A DNA stretch of 64,000 nt, taken from Alphaproteobacteria bacterium (lineage in GTDB: Bacteria > Pseudomonadota > Alphaproteobacteria > GCA-2731375). A model generated the notes under the pieces. The model was not told the DNA's origin. It was given only the letters and a program-made list of their open reading frames with translations, and did no database searches. The DNA lies in assembly GCA_965232515.1 (NCBI GenBank), contig CBDDPY010000002.1, positions 4,128,001 through 4,192,000 of the forward strand, written 5' to 3'. A program made the translations under genes and the position numbers. Below are positions 19,900 to 28,008 of this stretch, in pieces. Position 1 is the stretch's first letter. Each line of letters begins with the position of its first letter.

Positions 19900-21216
19900 A
19901 TGAAACATCAGCGCCCGGAAGATCTGCGGCCCGAGATCGCGCTGCTGCTGGCCTGCGCCCGAAGTACCTACGACGACGACGCCAGGGCGCGTATTGCCGG
20001 CCTGTTGCGAACCCCGCCGGACTGGACCTACCTGGTGCAAACCGCGATCGATCACGGCGTTTCGCCGCTGTTGTGTCGGGCCATGCTGCAGGTATTTCCC
20101 GATGCCGTGCCTGATGATGTGCGGGCGGCCGCAGGAACGCATCTCGACGATAATGACGCCGACAACCGTTCGCGTACATCTGAGCTGTTGCGCATCCTTG
20201 CGGCGCTGGCGCAACGGAACATTCCGGCCATTCCGTTCAAAGGCCCGGCCGTGGCCGAACGGATCTACGGCGACTTGTCGCTGCGGCGGTTTCGCGATCT
20301 GGACTTCTTGCTTCGCGAATCCGACATCGACGCCGCGCTCGACGTGCTGCGGCAACTGGATTATCCGACCGAGACCGGCTTCGTCTCGGCGCGCGATCCA
20401 GCCTTTCGCCTGACTCCGGCGCAAACCCAAGCGTTCCGCGACTATGCCGGCGAGTACATCTTCTACAAACGCGACCAAAGCGTGGTGATCGAGCCGCACT
20501 GGCATTTCGCGCCCGCCACCTTGAGCGTCGACATCGACTATACGGCGTTGTGGCGCCGGACGTTCGATGCCGACCTGGCCGGCGCAACAGTCCGCACGCT
20601 GACGCCCGAAGACGAATTGCTGGTGCTTTGCGTCCACGGCTCGAAGGAAATCTGGACGCGCCTGCAATGGATCTGTGACGTCGCCGAACTGATCCGCGCC
20701 TATCCCGGCCTCAATTGGGTCGCAACGCTGCAGCGGGCCGAACGGCAGGGCTGCGAGCGCATGCTGTTGCTGGGACTGTCGCTGGCGCATCGGTTGCTGC
20801 AGGCGCCGTTGCCGCCGACGGTGCGCAAGCTGACCGAGCAAGCGGCCGTAAACGTGCTGGTGCGGGATGTCGAACGCGCGCTGTTCGCCGACCGCGACGC
20901 GCCGACGTCGATCTATTCGGTGTCACTGTTCCGGGTTCGGATGCGCGAAAGACTGCGCGATCGTTGGCGTTACGTCTGGCGCACGATCACCACGCCGCGC
21001 ATTCAGCATTTCGAGATGGTCGCCTTGCCGGATGCGTTGTTCTTCGGCTACGTGCCGGTCAAGCTCGTACACGACTATGTGCTGCTGCCGCTCTGGCTGC
21101 TGGCCAAGCGGGTGCGCGCGGCCATCCTGTCGACCGCAAATCGACCCGTGCAGGAACCGGTGGCCGACCGGACGCCGCCGCCGCGTGACGGCCGACGTCC
21201 GGTTAAACCAACCTAA
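19900..21216 (+). CDS. Nucleotidyltransferase family protein (NTP_transf_5-like)
   Basis: FKGPAVAERIYGDLSLRRFRDLDFLL (KG...R..DxD), IEPHW, LCVHGSKEIWTRLQWICDV. Confidence 0.88.
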   Translation: MKHQRPEDLRPEIALLLACARSTYDDDARARIAGLLRTPPDWTYLVQTAIDHGVSPLLCRAMLQVFPDAVPDDVRAAAGTHLDDNDADNRSRTSELLRILAALAQRNIPAIPFKGPAVAERIYGDLSLRRFRDLDFLLRESDIDAALDVLRQLDYPTETGFVSARDPAFRLTPAQTQAFRDYAGEYIFYKRDQSVVIEPHWHFAPATLSVDIDYTALWRRTFDADLAGATVRTLTPEDELLVLCVHGSKEIWTRLQWICDVAELIRAYPGLNWVATLQRAERQGCERMLLLGLSLAHRLLQAPLPPTVRKLTEQAAVNVLVRDVERALFADRDAPTSIYSVSLFRVRMRERLRDRWRYVWRTITTPRIQHFEMVALPDALFFGYVPVKLVHDYVLLPLWLLAKRVRAAILSTANRPVQEPVADRTPPPRDGRRPVKPT

Positions 21217-21223
21217 CGCGGCG

Positions 21224-21403
21224 TCAGACCTGACCGTTTTGGCCGTACGGCACCGTGGCCGTGCCGGCCGCGGCCTGCTTGGCCTTGGCCGAAAGCAGCA
21301 ACGCGACAGCCGGTGCCGTCGCCGCGGCGACGCCTGCCTTTTTCAGGAATTTCCGACGGTCGCTGTCATGCGACGTCTCGGGGGTCTTTTTGCTGTCCGA
21401 CAT
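21224..21403 (-). CDS. 59-aa peptide with twin-arginine leader; putative RiPP-like precursor
   Basis: MSDSKKTPETSHDSDRRKFLKKAGVAAATAPAVALLLSAKAKQAAAGTATVPYGQNGQV; strong RBS GAGGAG; dedicated sigma-54 promoter. Confidence 0.8.
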   Translation of the reverse strand: MSDSKKTPETSHDSDRRKFLKKAGVAAATAPAVALLLSAKAKQAAAGTATVPYGQNGQV

Positions 21404-21532
21404 AACGTTCTCCTCACCATTACTTTTGTTGTTTTGGCTTCTCGGCAATACGCGCCAAAAAAACGCTGCACGATCCGATTGCAAGGTCCAGCACAGCTCC
21501 AAACCAAACCCAACAACATCAAGTACTGAAAC

Positions 21533-21549
21533 AGCAATTTCCGTGCCAA
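21533..21549 (-). promoter_or_regulatory. Sigma-54 (-24/-12) promoter of the small peptide gene
   Basis: Minus strand reads TTGGCACGGAAATTGCT, matching TGGCAC-N5-TTGCW. Confidence 0.8.
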
Positions 21550-21600
21550 TACAATTAACCTCAAAAATGCCGGATTTCTGGATTTTGGCAAAGGTGCGAC

Positions 21601-21636
21601 TGTAAAGAATTCCGACAATCGTCGGTATTCTTTACA
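21601..21636. promoter_or_regulatory. Inverted repeat; putative twin enhancer (UAS) for a sigma-54 activator
   Basis: TGTAAAGAATTCCGAC-AATC-GTCGGTATTCTTTACA: 16-bp arms, one mismatch, 52-87 bp upstream of the -24 element. Confidence 0.55.
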
Positions 21637-23179
21637 TGGCGTCGCGATTCAGATGTTCAGCAAGGCGAAGCGCGAGCGCCACCAACGTCAGCGTCGGATT
21701 TGAGCAGCCTGCGGTCGGAAACACGGCACTGCCCGCGACATAAAGGTTGCCGATACCATGCACGCGGCAGTTCGCATCGACCACGCCCTGCCGCGGGTCA
21801 TCATGCATTCGCAAGGTGCCGATGTGGTGGCCGCTGTTGACCGAGCGGCGCAACCAGGTTTCGCTGCTGACATCGACCTGCACCCGACCCGTGCCGGTTC
21901 GGCCCGCCTCGAGGCCGATAAGTTCGTGGGTCCGGCGAATGCTCCGGACCTCACGCTCGCCCAAACGCCAATCGACCCGCGCCTGGCGCAGGCCGAGGCT
22001 GTCTCGGGTATCGGCAAGCGTGACACGGTTGTCCGGGTTCGGCGCCGGCTCGACGCGGCTGTGGAAGTTAAGGAAACCGACGGGCGGGCGGCCGCCGACG
22101 ACTTTGCGGAACAACGCGCGCCCGACACCGTCAATATCGCCGGCGACATTGCGGACATGCGCGCCCAGATCTTCGGGCAGGCTGCCGTCGCCAACGGCGT
22201 CGACGATCGATTTCAACGACGCCACGCCGGCGGAGCGCTGGCCGACGGCCTGCAGCACGACGGTGATGTTGAGCAGCTCCTCCCGGCGTTGTACGCCGGC
22301 CGGCAGGATCAAGATGCCGTGGAACCTGCGATCGACGTCGTAGGCGCGCACGGCCATATCCGGGTCGCTCGGCGCCATGCGGCTTGAGGCCAGCAGCCGA
22401 TGGTCGGTGAAGAAGCGCCCGACGAGATCGCCGCCGTTGCCGAGACCGCCACGCCGGCGCCGGTCCGACAACAGCATCAACCGCGCGTTCTCGATGGCGC
22501 CACAGGCCAGGACGTAGCGATGGCCGGTCACCCGGAAACCGATGCCGGAAAGCGTGGCGCACCGCAGTCCGGTCGCCCGCGCGGCCGTGTCATCGGTCTC
22601 GATCTCGACGACGTTGGCGTGCAGATAGACCGTCACGTTGTCGGCGCGAACCAGATCTTCCCGATAGGCCTGGCCGAAGCGCGTCGGCGGACCCCGCCGA
22701 TAGATCCCGGTCTGAATTCGCGCCGGATCGAACGGCAACGGCGCATCGTCATCCTGGCCGGGCCAGGAGGAATTGCCGTAATCGAATGAACCGGTCTCGC
22801 AGATCGCTTCGGCGCGCCGATAGTAGGGAACCAGCGCGTCGCGGCCGAACGGCCAACCGCTATGCGGCACCCAGGGACGCGCCTCGAAATCGATCTCGTC
22901 AAAGGGACGGCAATTGCCTTCCCAATGGTTGGTGCTGCCGCCGAAGTAGCGCAGGCGGGTGGCGTCCAGCGGATCGTATCTGTCATCGACGACCTCGCCG
23001 GCATAGAGTGCCTGGGTCTCGGCCGCGAACTCGAAGCCGCCGCTTTCCAGCACGACCACGCGATGCCGGGTGCCGGCCAGTTCACGGGCGATACTGATCC
23101 CGGCCGCGCCCGCGCCGACGACAACGATATCGGCATCGATGATGGTGCCCGCCGGCAGGCTGCGCGCGTCGAGGATCAA
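21632..23179 (-). CDS. GMC-family FAD-dependent oxidoreductase
   Basis: VVVGAGAAG, FGGSTNHW, LACGAIENARL, HHIGTLRM, GSAVFP..G.SNPTLT; TTG start abuts the upstream stop. Confidence 0.9.
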   Translation of the reverse strand: MILDARSLPAGTIIDADIVVVGAGAAGISIARELAGTRHRVVVLESGGFEFAAETQALYAGEVVDDRYDPLDATRLRYFGGSTNHWEGNCRPFDEIDFEARPWVPHSGWPFGRDALVPYYRRAEAICETGSFDYGNSSWPGQDDDAPLPFDPARIQTGIYRRGPPTRFGQAYREDLVRADNVTVYLHANVVEIETDDTAARATGLRCATLSGIGFRVTGHRYVLACGAIENARLMLLSDRRRRGGLGNGGDLVGRFFTDHRLLASSRMAPSDPDMAVRAYDVDRRFHGILILPAGVQRREELLNITVVLQAVGQRSAGVASLKSIVDAVGDGSLPEDLGAHVRNVAGDIDGVGRALFRKVVGGRPPVGFLNFHSRVEPAPNPDNRVTLADTRDSLGLRQARVDWRLGEREVRSIRRTHELIGLEAGRTGTGRVQVDVSSETWLRRSVNSGHHIGTLRMHDDPRQGVVDANCRVHGIGNLYVAGSAVFPTAGCSNPTLTLVALALRLAEHLNRDAM

Positions 23180-24397
23180 CTACTCGAGCGCCCGGATCAG
23201 CGCAACGGCGTCGTCGAGAGACGACATCGGCAGCGCATAACACTCGACGCCGGCGGCCCAATCGACCATCGCCTTGACGCGCTCGACGTTCAGCGGCGCC
23301 GGGATCGCCAAGCACTCGTCCATCATCCGGTGCAGGGCGGCCACCTTGCCGATCGGTTCCAACGCCGTTTCGGCATCGGCCGCATAGCGCGGGAAGATCA
23401 GGCGACGCACGGGCTGCGCCGCATTTGACGTGGGCCGCATGTCGGCCGGCGGCGACAGGTATCGCACGACCTTGCCGTCCCCGCGGTGGTGCGTTTTCAA
23501 GTCGGCGAGTTCGGGATAATAGGGCGTCATCAGATCCCAGCCCTCGCGCTTGAAGCACATCGACAGCGGCACGGGCACGGCCTGGAACGTGGATTCCGAC
23601 AGCAGCGCGACTTCGTCGGAGAAGTACTTGAACCCTGCGCGGCAGAGCGCGGCCGTCAGCGACGACTTGCCGCTGCCGGGCGCGGCGGGCAGCAGCGTGC
23701 AGGCCCGACCGTCACTGACCACGCCGGCGTGGATATTCAAAAAGTAGTCGGCGCCGCGCAGTGACAGCTGCCAAATCAAGCCCTTCACGATCGGCGCCAG
23801 TTGGTCGTAACGCGCGCAGCGGCAAAACGGTGATTGGTCGAGATAGATCAGATGCCCGTCGCGGGTCGCCACGATGTCGACCAAGCTGTCGGCCGGCGCA
23901 GTCGCAACGGCGAGATGCGCGATCGCCGTATGGACCCATTCGATCTGCGCCGGCTCGTTGCAACGCACCTCGACGCGATGATCCAGCAGCGCATAGTGCC
24001 GGCGCTCGGCGCTTGGCACGGCCGCGAACGGCGGCAGGCCGCCATCCGCTTCGAGCGCCGGCGGCGCGGGCACTTCCGGCTCGCGTGGATTGGCGCCCTG
24101 CAACAGACCCAGCGTGCGCCACTGCGCCAGGATATCGGCCACATGCCGTTCGGCCTCGCTGTCGGCGAAGCCGAACGTCGCCGACATCGCCGTCGCGATC
24201 GCCGCCGGTGAGACGCCTTCCTCCAACTGGCACCAAACATAGGTCGCCGTCGTGTTGAGCGCGTAGATCTCCTGCGCCGCGTCGGCGTAGAGCAGCCCTT
24301 CATCACCGAGGATGAAGAGATGCACGTCGTCGCCTGGTCGAACCGCCGCGGTCACGGGCACGCTCCCGCCATTTCTTGGTTTTTCGCTCCGGCCCAA
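23180..24397 (-). CDS. PqqD/RRE domain fused to HPr-kinase-related P-loop kinase
   Basis: N-term LLYADAAQEIYALNTTATYVWCQLEEG...VADILAQWRTLGLL (PqqD-like); C-term IHAGVV...PAAPGSGKSSLTAAL...FSDEVALL; start uncertain. Confidence 0.85.
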   Translation of the reverse strand: MGRSEKPRNGGSVPVTAAVRPGDDVHLFILGDEGLLYADAAQEIYALNTTATYVWCQLEEGVSPAAIATAMSATFGFADSEAERHVADILAQWRTLGLLQGANPREPEVPAPPALEADGGLPPFAAVPSAERRHYALLDHRVEVRCNEPAQIEWVHTAIAHLAVATAPADSLVDIVATRDGHLIYLDQSPFCRCARYDQLAPIVKGLIWQLSLRGADYFLNIHAGVVSDGRACTLLPAAPGSGKSSLTAALCRAGFKYFSDEVALLSESTFQAVPVPLSMCFKREGWDLMTPYYPELADLKTHHRGDGKVVRYLSPPADMRPTSNAAQPVRRLIFPRYAADAETALEPIGKVAALHRMMDECLAIPAPLNVERVKAMVDWAAGVECYALPMSSLDDAVALIRALE

Positions 24398-24572
24398 CCT
24401 AATAGGCCGGAGAAGCTTGTAAATAGGCTAACGGCCGAGCCATTCGGCGCGGTGGCGACAAACGCAATCGTGATTTGGTCCGGCGCGACACGATCGGAAA
24501 AGATATCGCTCAGGCGGGGCCGGGCGAAGGTGGCGGCGGCATGTCCGTTGCGACCGTAGATGGGACCTGATC

Positions 24573-24908
24573 ATGAGAGCTTGGAAATTCTCGCCTGTCA
24601 TCCTCATGGCCCTTGCCCCGTTCGGCGACGGCGCGCTCGCGACCGGCGACCGCGATGCGCGGGCCTGTCTCGACGCCAGCCGATCGCACGTCGAGCGGCT
24701 GCCAGTACAAAGCGGCGACGTCACCGGCGTCACCATTGTCCCGCGCTTGGATCTGCATCGCGAGGGCCCGTATCTGGTCGGCTACGAAGCCTATGTCAGG
24801 CTGCAATCGTGCACCGGCTCACTGGTCCTTAACCTGAACGAGGACTGCAGCTTCCGCGACGCCTACACCCGTGGCGCCTGCAAGATCCAGGGCCTGCCGG
24901 ATTACTGA
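24573..24908 (+). CDS. Small exported protein with four cysteines
   Basis: Signal-like N-terminus, 4 Cys, fills the gap between the kinase and nudC. Confidence 0.65.
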   Translation: MRAWKFSPVILMALAPFGDGALATGDRDARACLDASRSHVERLPVQSGDVTGVTIVPRLDLHREGPYLVGYEAYVRLQSCTGSLVLNLNEDCSFRDAYTRGACKIQGLPDY

Positions 24909-25819
24909 GACGGCGGGTCCAGCCAGTCCAGGACCAGGCGGCGGCTGATCGAGTCGGCCGGCGGCAGAATCAGATCGCCGGCGTCGACGGCGGGGCCGAT
25001 CTCGTCGCGATGATACCAATCCGCCTCGGCGATCTCCTCGCCGTCGACCTTGATGTTGGTGGTCAGCGCCGTCGCGGTAAAGCCGACCATCAGCGACGAG
25101 GGAAACGGCCAGGGCTGAGAGGAATGATAACGGACCTCGCCAACCTCGATTCCGGTCTCCTCCGCCACTTCGCGCCTGACGGCATTCTCCAGACTCTCGC
25201 CGGGCTCGACGAAGCCGGCGATCGTCGAGCGACGCGGCCTCGGCCAGATCCGCCGACGCGCCAGCAGGCACCGGTCGCCGTCCGTCACCAGCATGATCAC
25301 CGCGGGGTCGGTGCGCGGAAAATGCAGCTTGCCGCATGTCTTGTCCTGGCAACGGCGCACATGGCCGGCGCGCTCAGCCCTCGTCGCCGTGCCGCAGGCG
25401 CCGCAAAAGGCGTGCGTGGCATGCCAATGCGCCAGACCGCGGGCCAATGCCAACAGAGCAGCGTCGCGGTGCGCCATGTCCATGGCGGCATCGCGCAGAT
25501 CGACCAGACGGCCGTCCGCCAGCAATCCGTTTTCGGCGTCATCGATGTCCGACAGGTCGATGGCGAAATGCGCCGTCTCGCCGTCCACGCCGAGCAGCAT
25601 CGGCACGCGCTTCTCCAACAGCGGCGCGACGGTTTTCAGCGCGAGGCCGATCGGCCGGGGCCGCGTCTCCGCGCTGATGAAATTCTTCAGCCGCCAAAGC
25701 GGGTAAAACCGGCTGCCGGGATCCGACAGCTTGGCGTTGACCCAGTCCGGATCCTCGCGGGCCGCGGCGGCGCGGTCCCAGGCCGGGTCGACGTAATGAT
25801 TGTCCCGAGGACCCGGCAT
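24902..25819 (-). CDS. nudC: NAD(+) diphosphatase NudC
   Basis: Zn ribbon FCGACG, FPRTDPAVI, Nudix box AGFVEPGESLENAVRREVAEETG, SQPWPFPSSLM. Confidence 0.93.
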   Translation of the reverse strand: MPGPRDNHYVDPAWDRAAAAREDPDWVNAKLSDPGSRFYPLWRLKNFISAETRPRPIGLALKTVAPLLEKRVPMLLGVDGETAHFAIDLSDIDDAENGLLADGRLVDLRDAAMDMAHRDAALLALARGLAHWHATHAFCGACGTATRAERAGHVRRCQDKTCGKLHFPRTDPAVIMLVTDGDRCLLARRRIWPRPRRSTIAGFVEPGESLENAVRREVAEETGIEVGEVRYHSSQPWPFPSSLMVGFTATALTTNIKVDGEEIAEADWYHRDEIGPAVDAGDLILPPADSISRRLVLDWLDPPSQ

Positions 25820-25820
25820 C

Positions 25821-26450
25821 TCAGGACGCATCCGGGTTGATGCCGGCGGCCATCGCCATGCGCACCAGGTGCGAGAGGCTCTTGGCCTGGGTCTTCTCCA
25901 TCACGCGGGCACGGTGGTTCTCCACGGTGCGCGGGCTGATGCCGAGCTCGTAGGCGATGATCTTGTTCGGCTGACCGATCACCAACTTTTCCAGGACCTC
26001 CCGTTCGCGCGGCGTCAGCTGCTGCAGACGCGCCGCGACTTCATCCGAACGCCGGTCGCTGGCAACGGCAGCCGTTGGCGGCGGCGCCGTGAGCGCGGCC
26101 TCGATCCGCTCCAGGATGGTCTCGCCGTTGAACGGCTTTTCGATGAAGTCGGCGGCGCCGGCCTTCATCGCCTTGACCGCCAGCGGCACATCGCCGTGGC
26201 CGGTGATGATCAGCACGGGCGGCGGGCGGTCGATCTTCTGCAGGCGCTGCAGGATGGAGATGCCATCCATGTCGGGCAGGCGGACGTCAAGCACGATACA
26301 GGCGGCATCCGACGGATCGAAGCCGGCGAAAAACGCGGCGCCCGAGGCAAAGGTGGCGATCCGCCGACCGATACCTTCGATCAGCAGCGTCAGCGAGTGC
26401 CGGATCGATTGATCGTCGTCGACGACATAGATCTTGTCGGCGTCCGACAT
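25821..26450 (-). CDS. FixJ-like response regulator
   Basis: IYVVDDD, ITGHGDVPLAVKAMKAGAADFIEKP, LTPREREV...NKIIAYELGISPRTVENHR. Confidence 0.92.
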   Translation of the reverse strand: MSDADKIYVVDDDQSIRHSLTLLIEGIGRRIATFASGAAFFAGFDPSDAACIVLDVRLPDMDGISILQRLQKIDRPPPVLIITGHGDVPLAVKAMKAGAADFIEKPFNGETILERIEAALTAPPPTAAVASDRRSDEVAARLQQLTPREREVLEKLVIGQPNKIIAYELGISPRTVENHRARVMEKTQAKSLSHLVRMAMAAGINPDAS

Positions 26451-26582
26451 GTCTGTTCCCTCCCGGCGGCTCGCACTGCTCCGACCCCCATTCGTCATCG
26501 TCACCGACGGCGCTGCCCCTAGCCCGTCTGGGTAAGATTACGCAGGTATTATCCCCGATTCATCCCGTTAATCTGAATCGCT

Positions 26583-26725
26583 ATTTACTTCCTTGGGCGC
26601 CGGGCATTCGGACCTTTCCCTCCCGCCCGGTTGCCCATGTTGCGTAGAACGGGTTCCAGAATTGCGACCCCCAGTTCGGTAGCCCGTGGTTGCGGCGGTT
26701 CCTTGGAACCGCCGCTTCTTTTTTT
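26583..26725 (+). ncRNA. Candidate trans-acting sRNA (three hairpins, C-rich loops, intrinsic terminator)
   Basis: Hairpin 26594-26637 with loop ...CCTTTCCCTCCC, hairpin ~26649-26687, terminator; no plus-strand CDS upstream. Confidence 0.55.
26692..26725 (+). terminator. Rho-independent terminator
   Basis: GCGGCGGTTC-CTTG-GAACCGCCGC followed by TTCTTTTTTT. Confidence 0.85.
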
Positions 26726-26859
26726 GACCACGCCATGCCGCCGCGCCTGATGCAGGCTATTCGCCCAAATAGACATACGAAATATGTCGACAAAATCGTC
26801 GGCTTATTGCTGTTATGCTCAAAGTGACAACGTTAGACACAATAATAAGGGGGATTGCG

Positions 26860-27324
26860 GTGCGGTTTTTCGCGGTTCTTTTCATCGCCGTTACGATGCT
26901 TGCCGGTCCTGTTGTCATTGGCACGGCCAAAGCACAGGACGCAACCATCGGGCACATCAAGTCGGTCAAGGGCGAGGCCAAGGCGATGCGCGCCGGCGGC
27001 GACGTGGCGCTCGCCGTCGGCGATCCGGTCTATCGCGAAGATGTGCTGGAAACCAGCACCGGCGGCGCGCTCGGCGTCATCTTTCTCGACAACACGATCT
27101 TGTCGCTCGGGCCGCGGACGACGGTCACGCTGCGCGATTACGAATTCGAGCCGGCGACGGAAAAGATCTCGTTTCTGGCCAGGATCACGCGCGGCACCCT
27201 GCTGTACGTGTCCGGCGTGATCGCCAAGCTGTCCCCCAGCGCGGTCTCGATCGAAACGCCGGTCGCCACGGTCGCCGTCCGCGGCACCCGCTTCCTGGCG
27301 CAGGTCAAGGACGACGGCGGCTGA
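26860..27324 (+). CDS. Exported stand-alone FecR-domain protein
   Basis: Signal peptide (...AKA), IGHIKSVKGEA, FLDNTILSLGP, IETPVATVAVRGTRF; start uncertain (GTG 26860 or ATG 26815). Confidence 0.85.
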   Translation: MRFFAVLFIAVTMLAGPVVIGTAKAQDATIGHIKSVKGEAKAMRAGGDVALAVGDPVYREDVLETSTGGALGVIFLDNTILSLGPRTTVTLRDYEFEPATEKISFLARITRGTLLYVSGVIAKLSPSAVSIETPVATVAVRGTRFLAQVKDDGG

Positions 27325-27384
27325 CGCCGCGATCGCCGACAAATCCGTCTATCGCAGGTTATTGAATTGGGGGATGCGTATCCG

Positions 27385-28008
27385 ATGAGCCGACATATCC
27401 GGACTCCCGCACGGCCGCTCGGCACCCTGTTGCTGATGTTGTGCCTGCTACCGGCCTGCAGCCGGCTGAACGACAACCTTTTCGTGCTGCTGGAAGACGC
27501 CGACGGCCAGGTCGGCTCGATCGAGGTCTCGAACGACAGGGGCAGTCAGACCATCGACCAGACCGGCCAGGCGGTCGCCCTGCGCAGCGCCAACAGCACG
27601 CCGAGCGACGTATTCACCGTATCGCAGGACGATATCGACGAACGCTTCCGCGACGCGCTCGCCGCCGAGCCTGAAAAGCCCGTCAACTTCGTGCTCTACT
27701 TCAAAACCGGCAGCACCGACCTGCGGTCTGAATCGGCCGAACAATTGCCCCAGGTGCTGCAGGTCATCGCCAACCGGACGGCGCCGATCGTCGCCGTGGT
27801 CGGCCACACCGACACCGCCGGTTCGGCCCGCATCAACGCCGCGCTCGCGCTGGACAGGGCGCAGGAAGTGGCGAAGATCCTGACCGGCATCGGCATTCCC
27901 GCCGACCGCATCGAGATCACCTCGCACGGCGAGAACAATCTGCTGATCCCCACCGACGACAACGTCGCCGAGCCGCGCAACCGGCGGGTCGAGATTACGG
28001 TTCGCTAG
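27385..28008 (+). CDS. OmpA-family (peptidoglycan-binding) lipoprotein
   Basis: Lipobox LLPAC, LYFKTGS, VGHTDTAGS..IN..LALDRA, EPRNRRVEI. Confidence 0.9.
   Translation: MSRHIRTPARPLGTLLLMLCLLPACSRLNDNLFVLLEDADGQVGSIEVSNDRGSQTIDQTGQAVALRSANSTPSDVFTVSQDDIDERFRDALAAEPEKPVNFVLYFKTGSTDLRSESAEQLPQVLQVIANRTAPIVAVVGHTDTAGSARINAALALDRAQEVAKILTGIGIPADRIEITSHGENNLLIPTDDNVAEPRNRRVEITVR

Noticed and set aside
19900-24397. Lasso peptide or PQQ biosynthesis cluster
   Set aside because: No asparagine-synthetase-like cyclase, transglutaminase-like peptidase or pqqBCE in the window; the core has no Asp/Glu for a macrolactam and no ExxxY motif.
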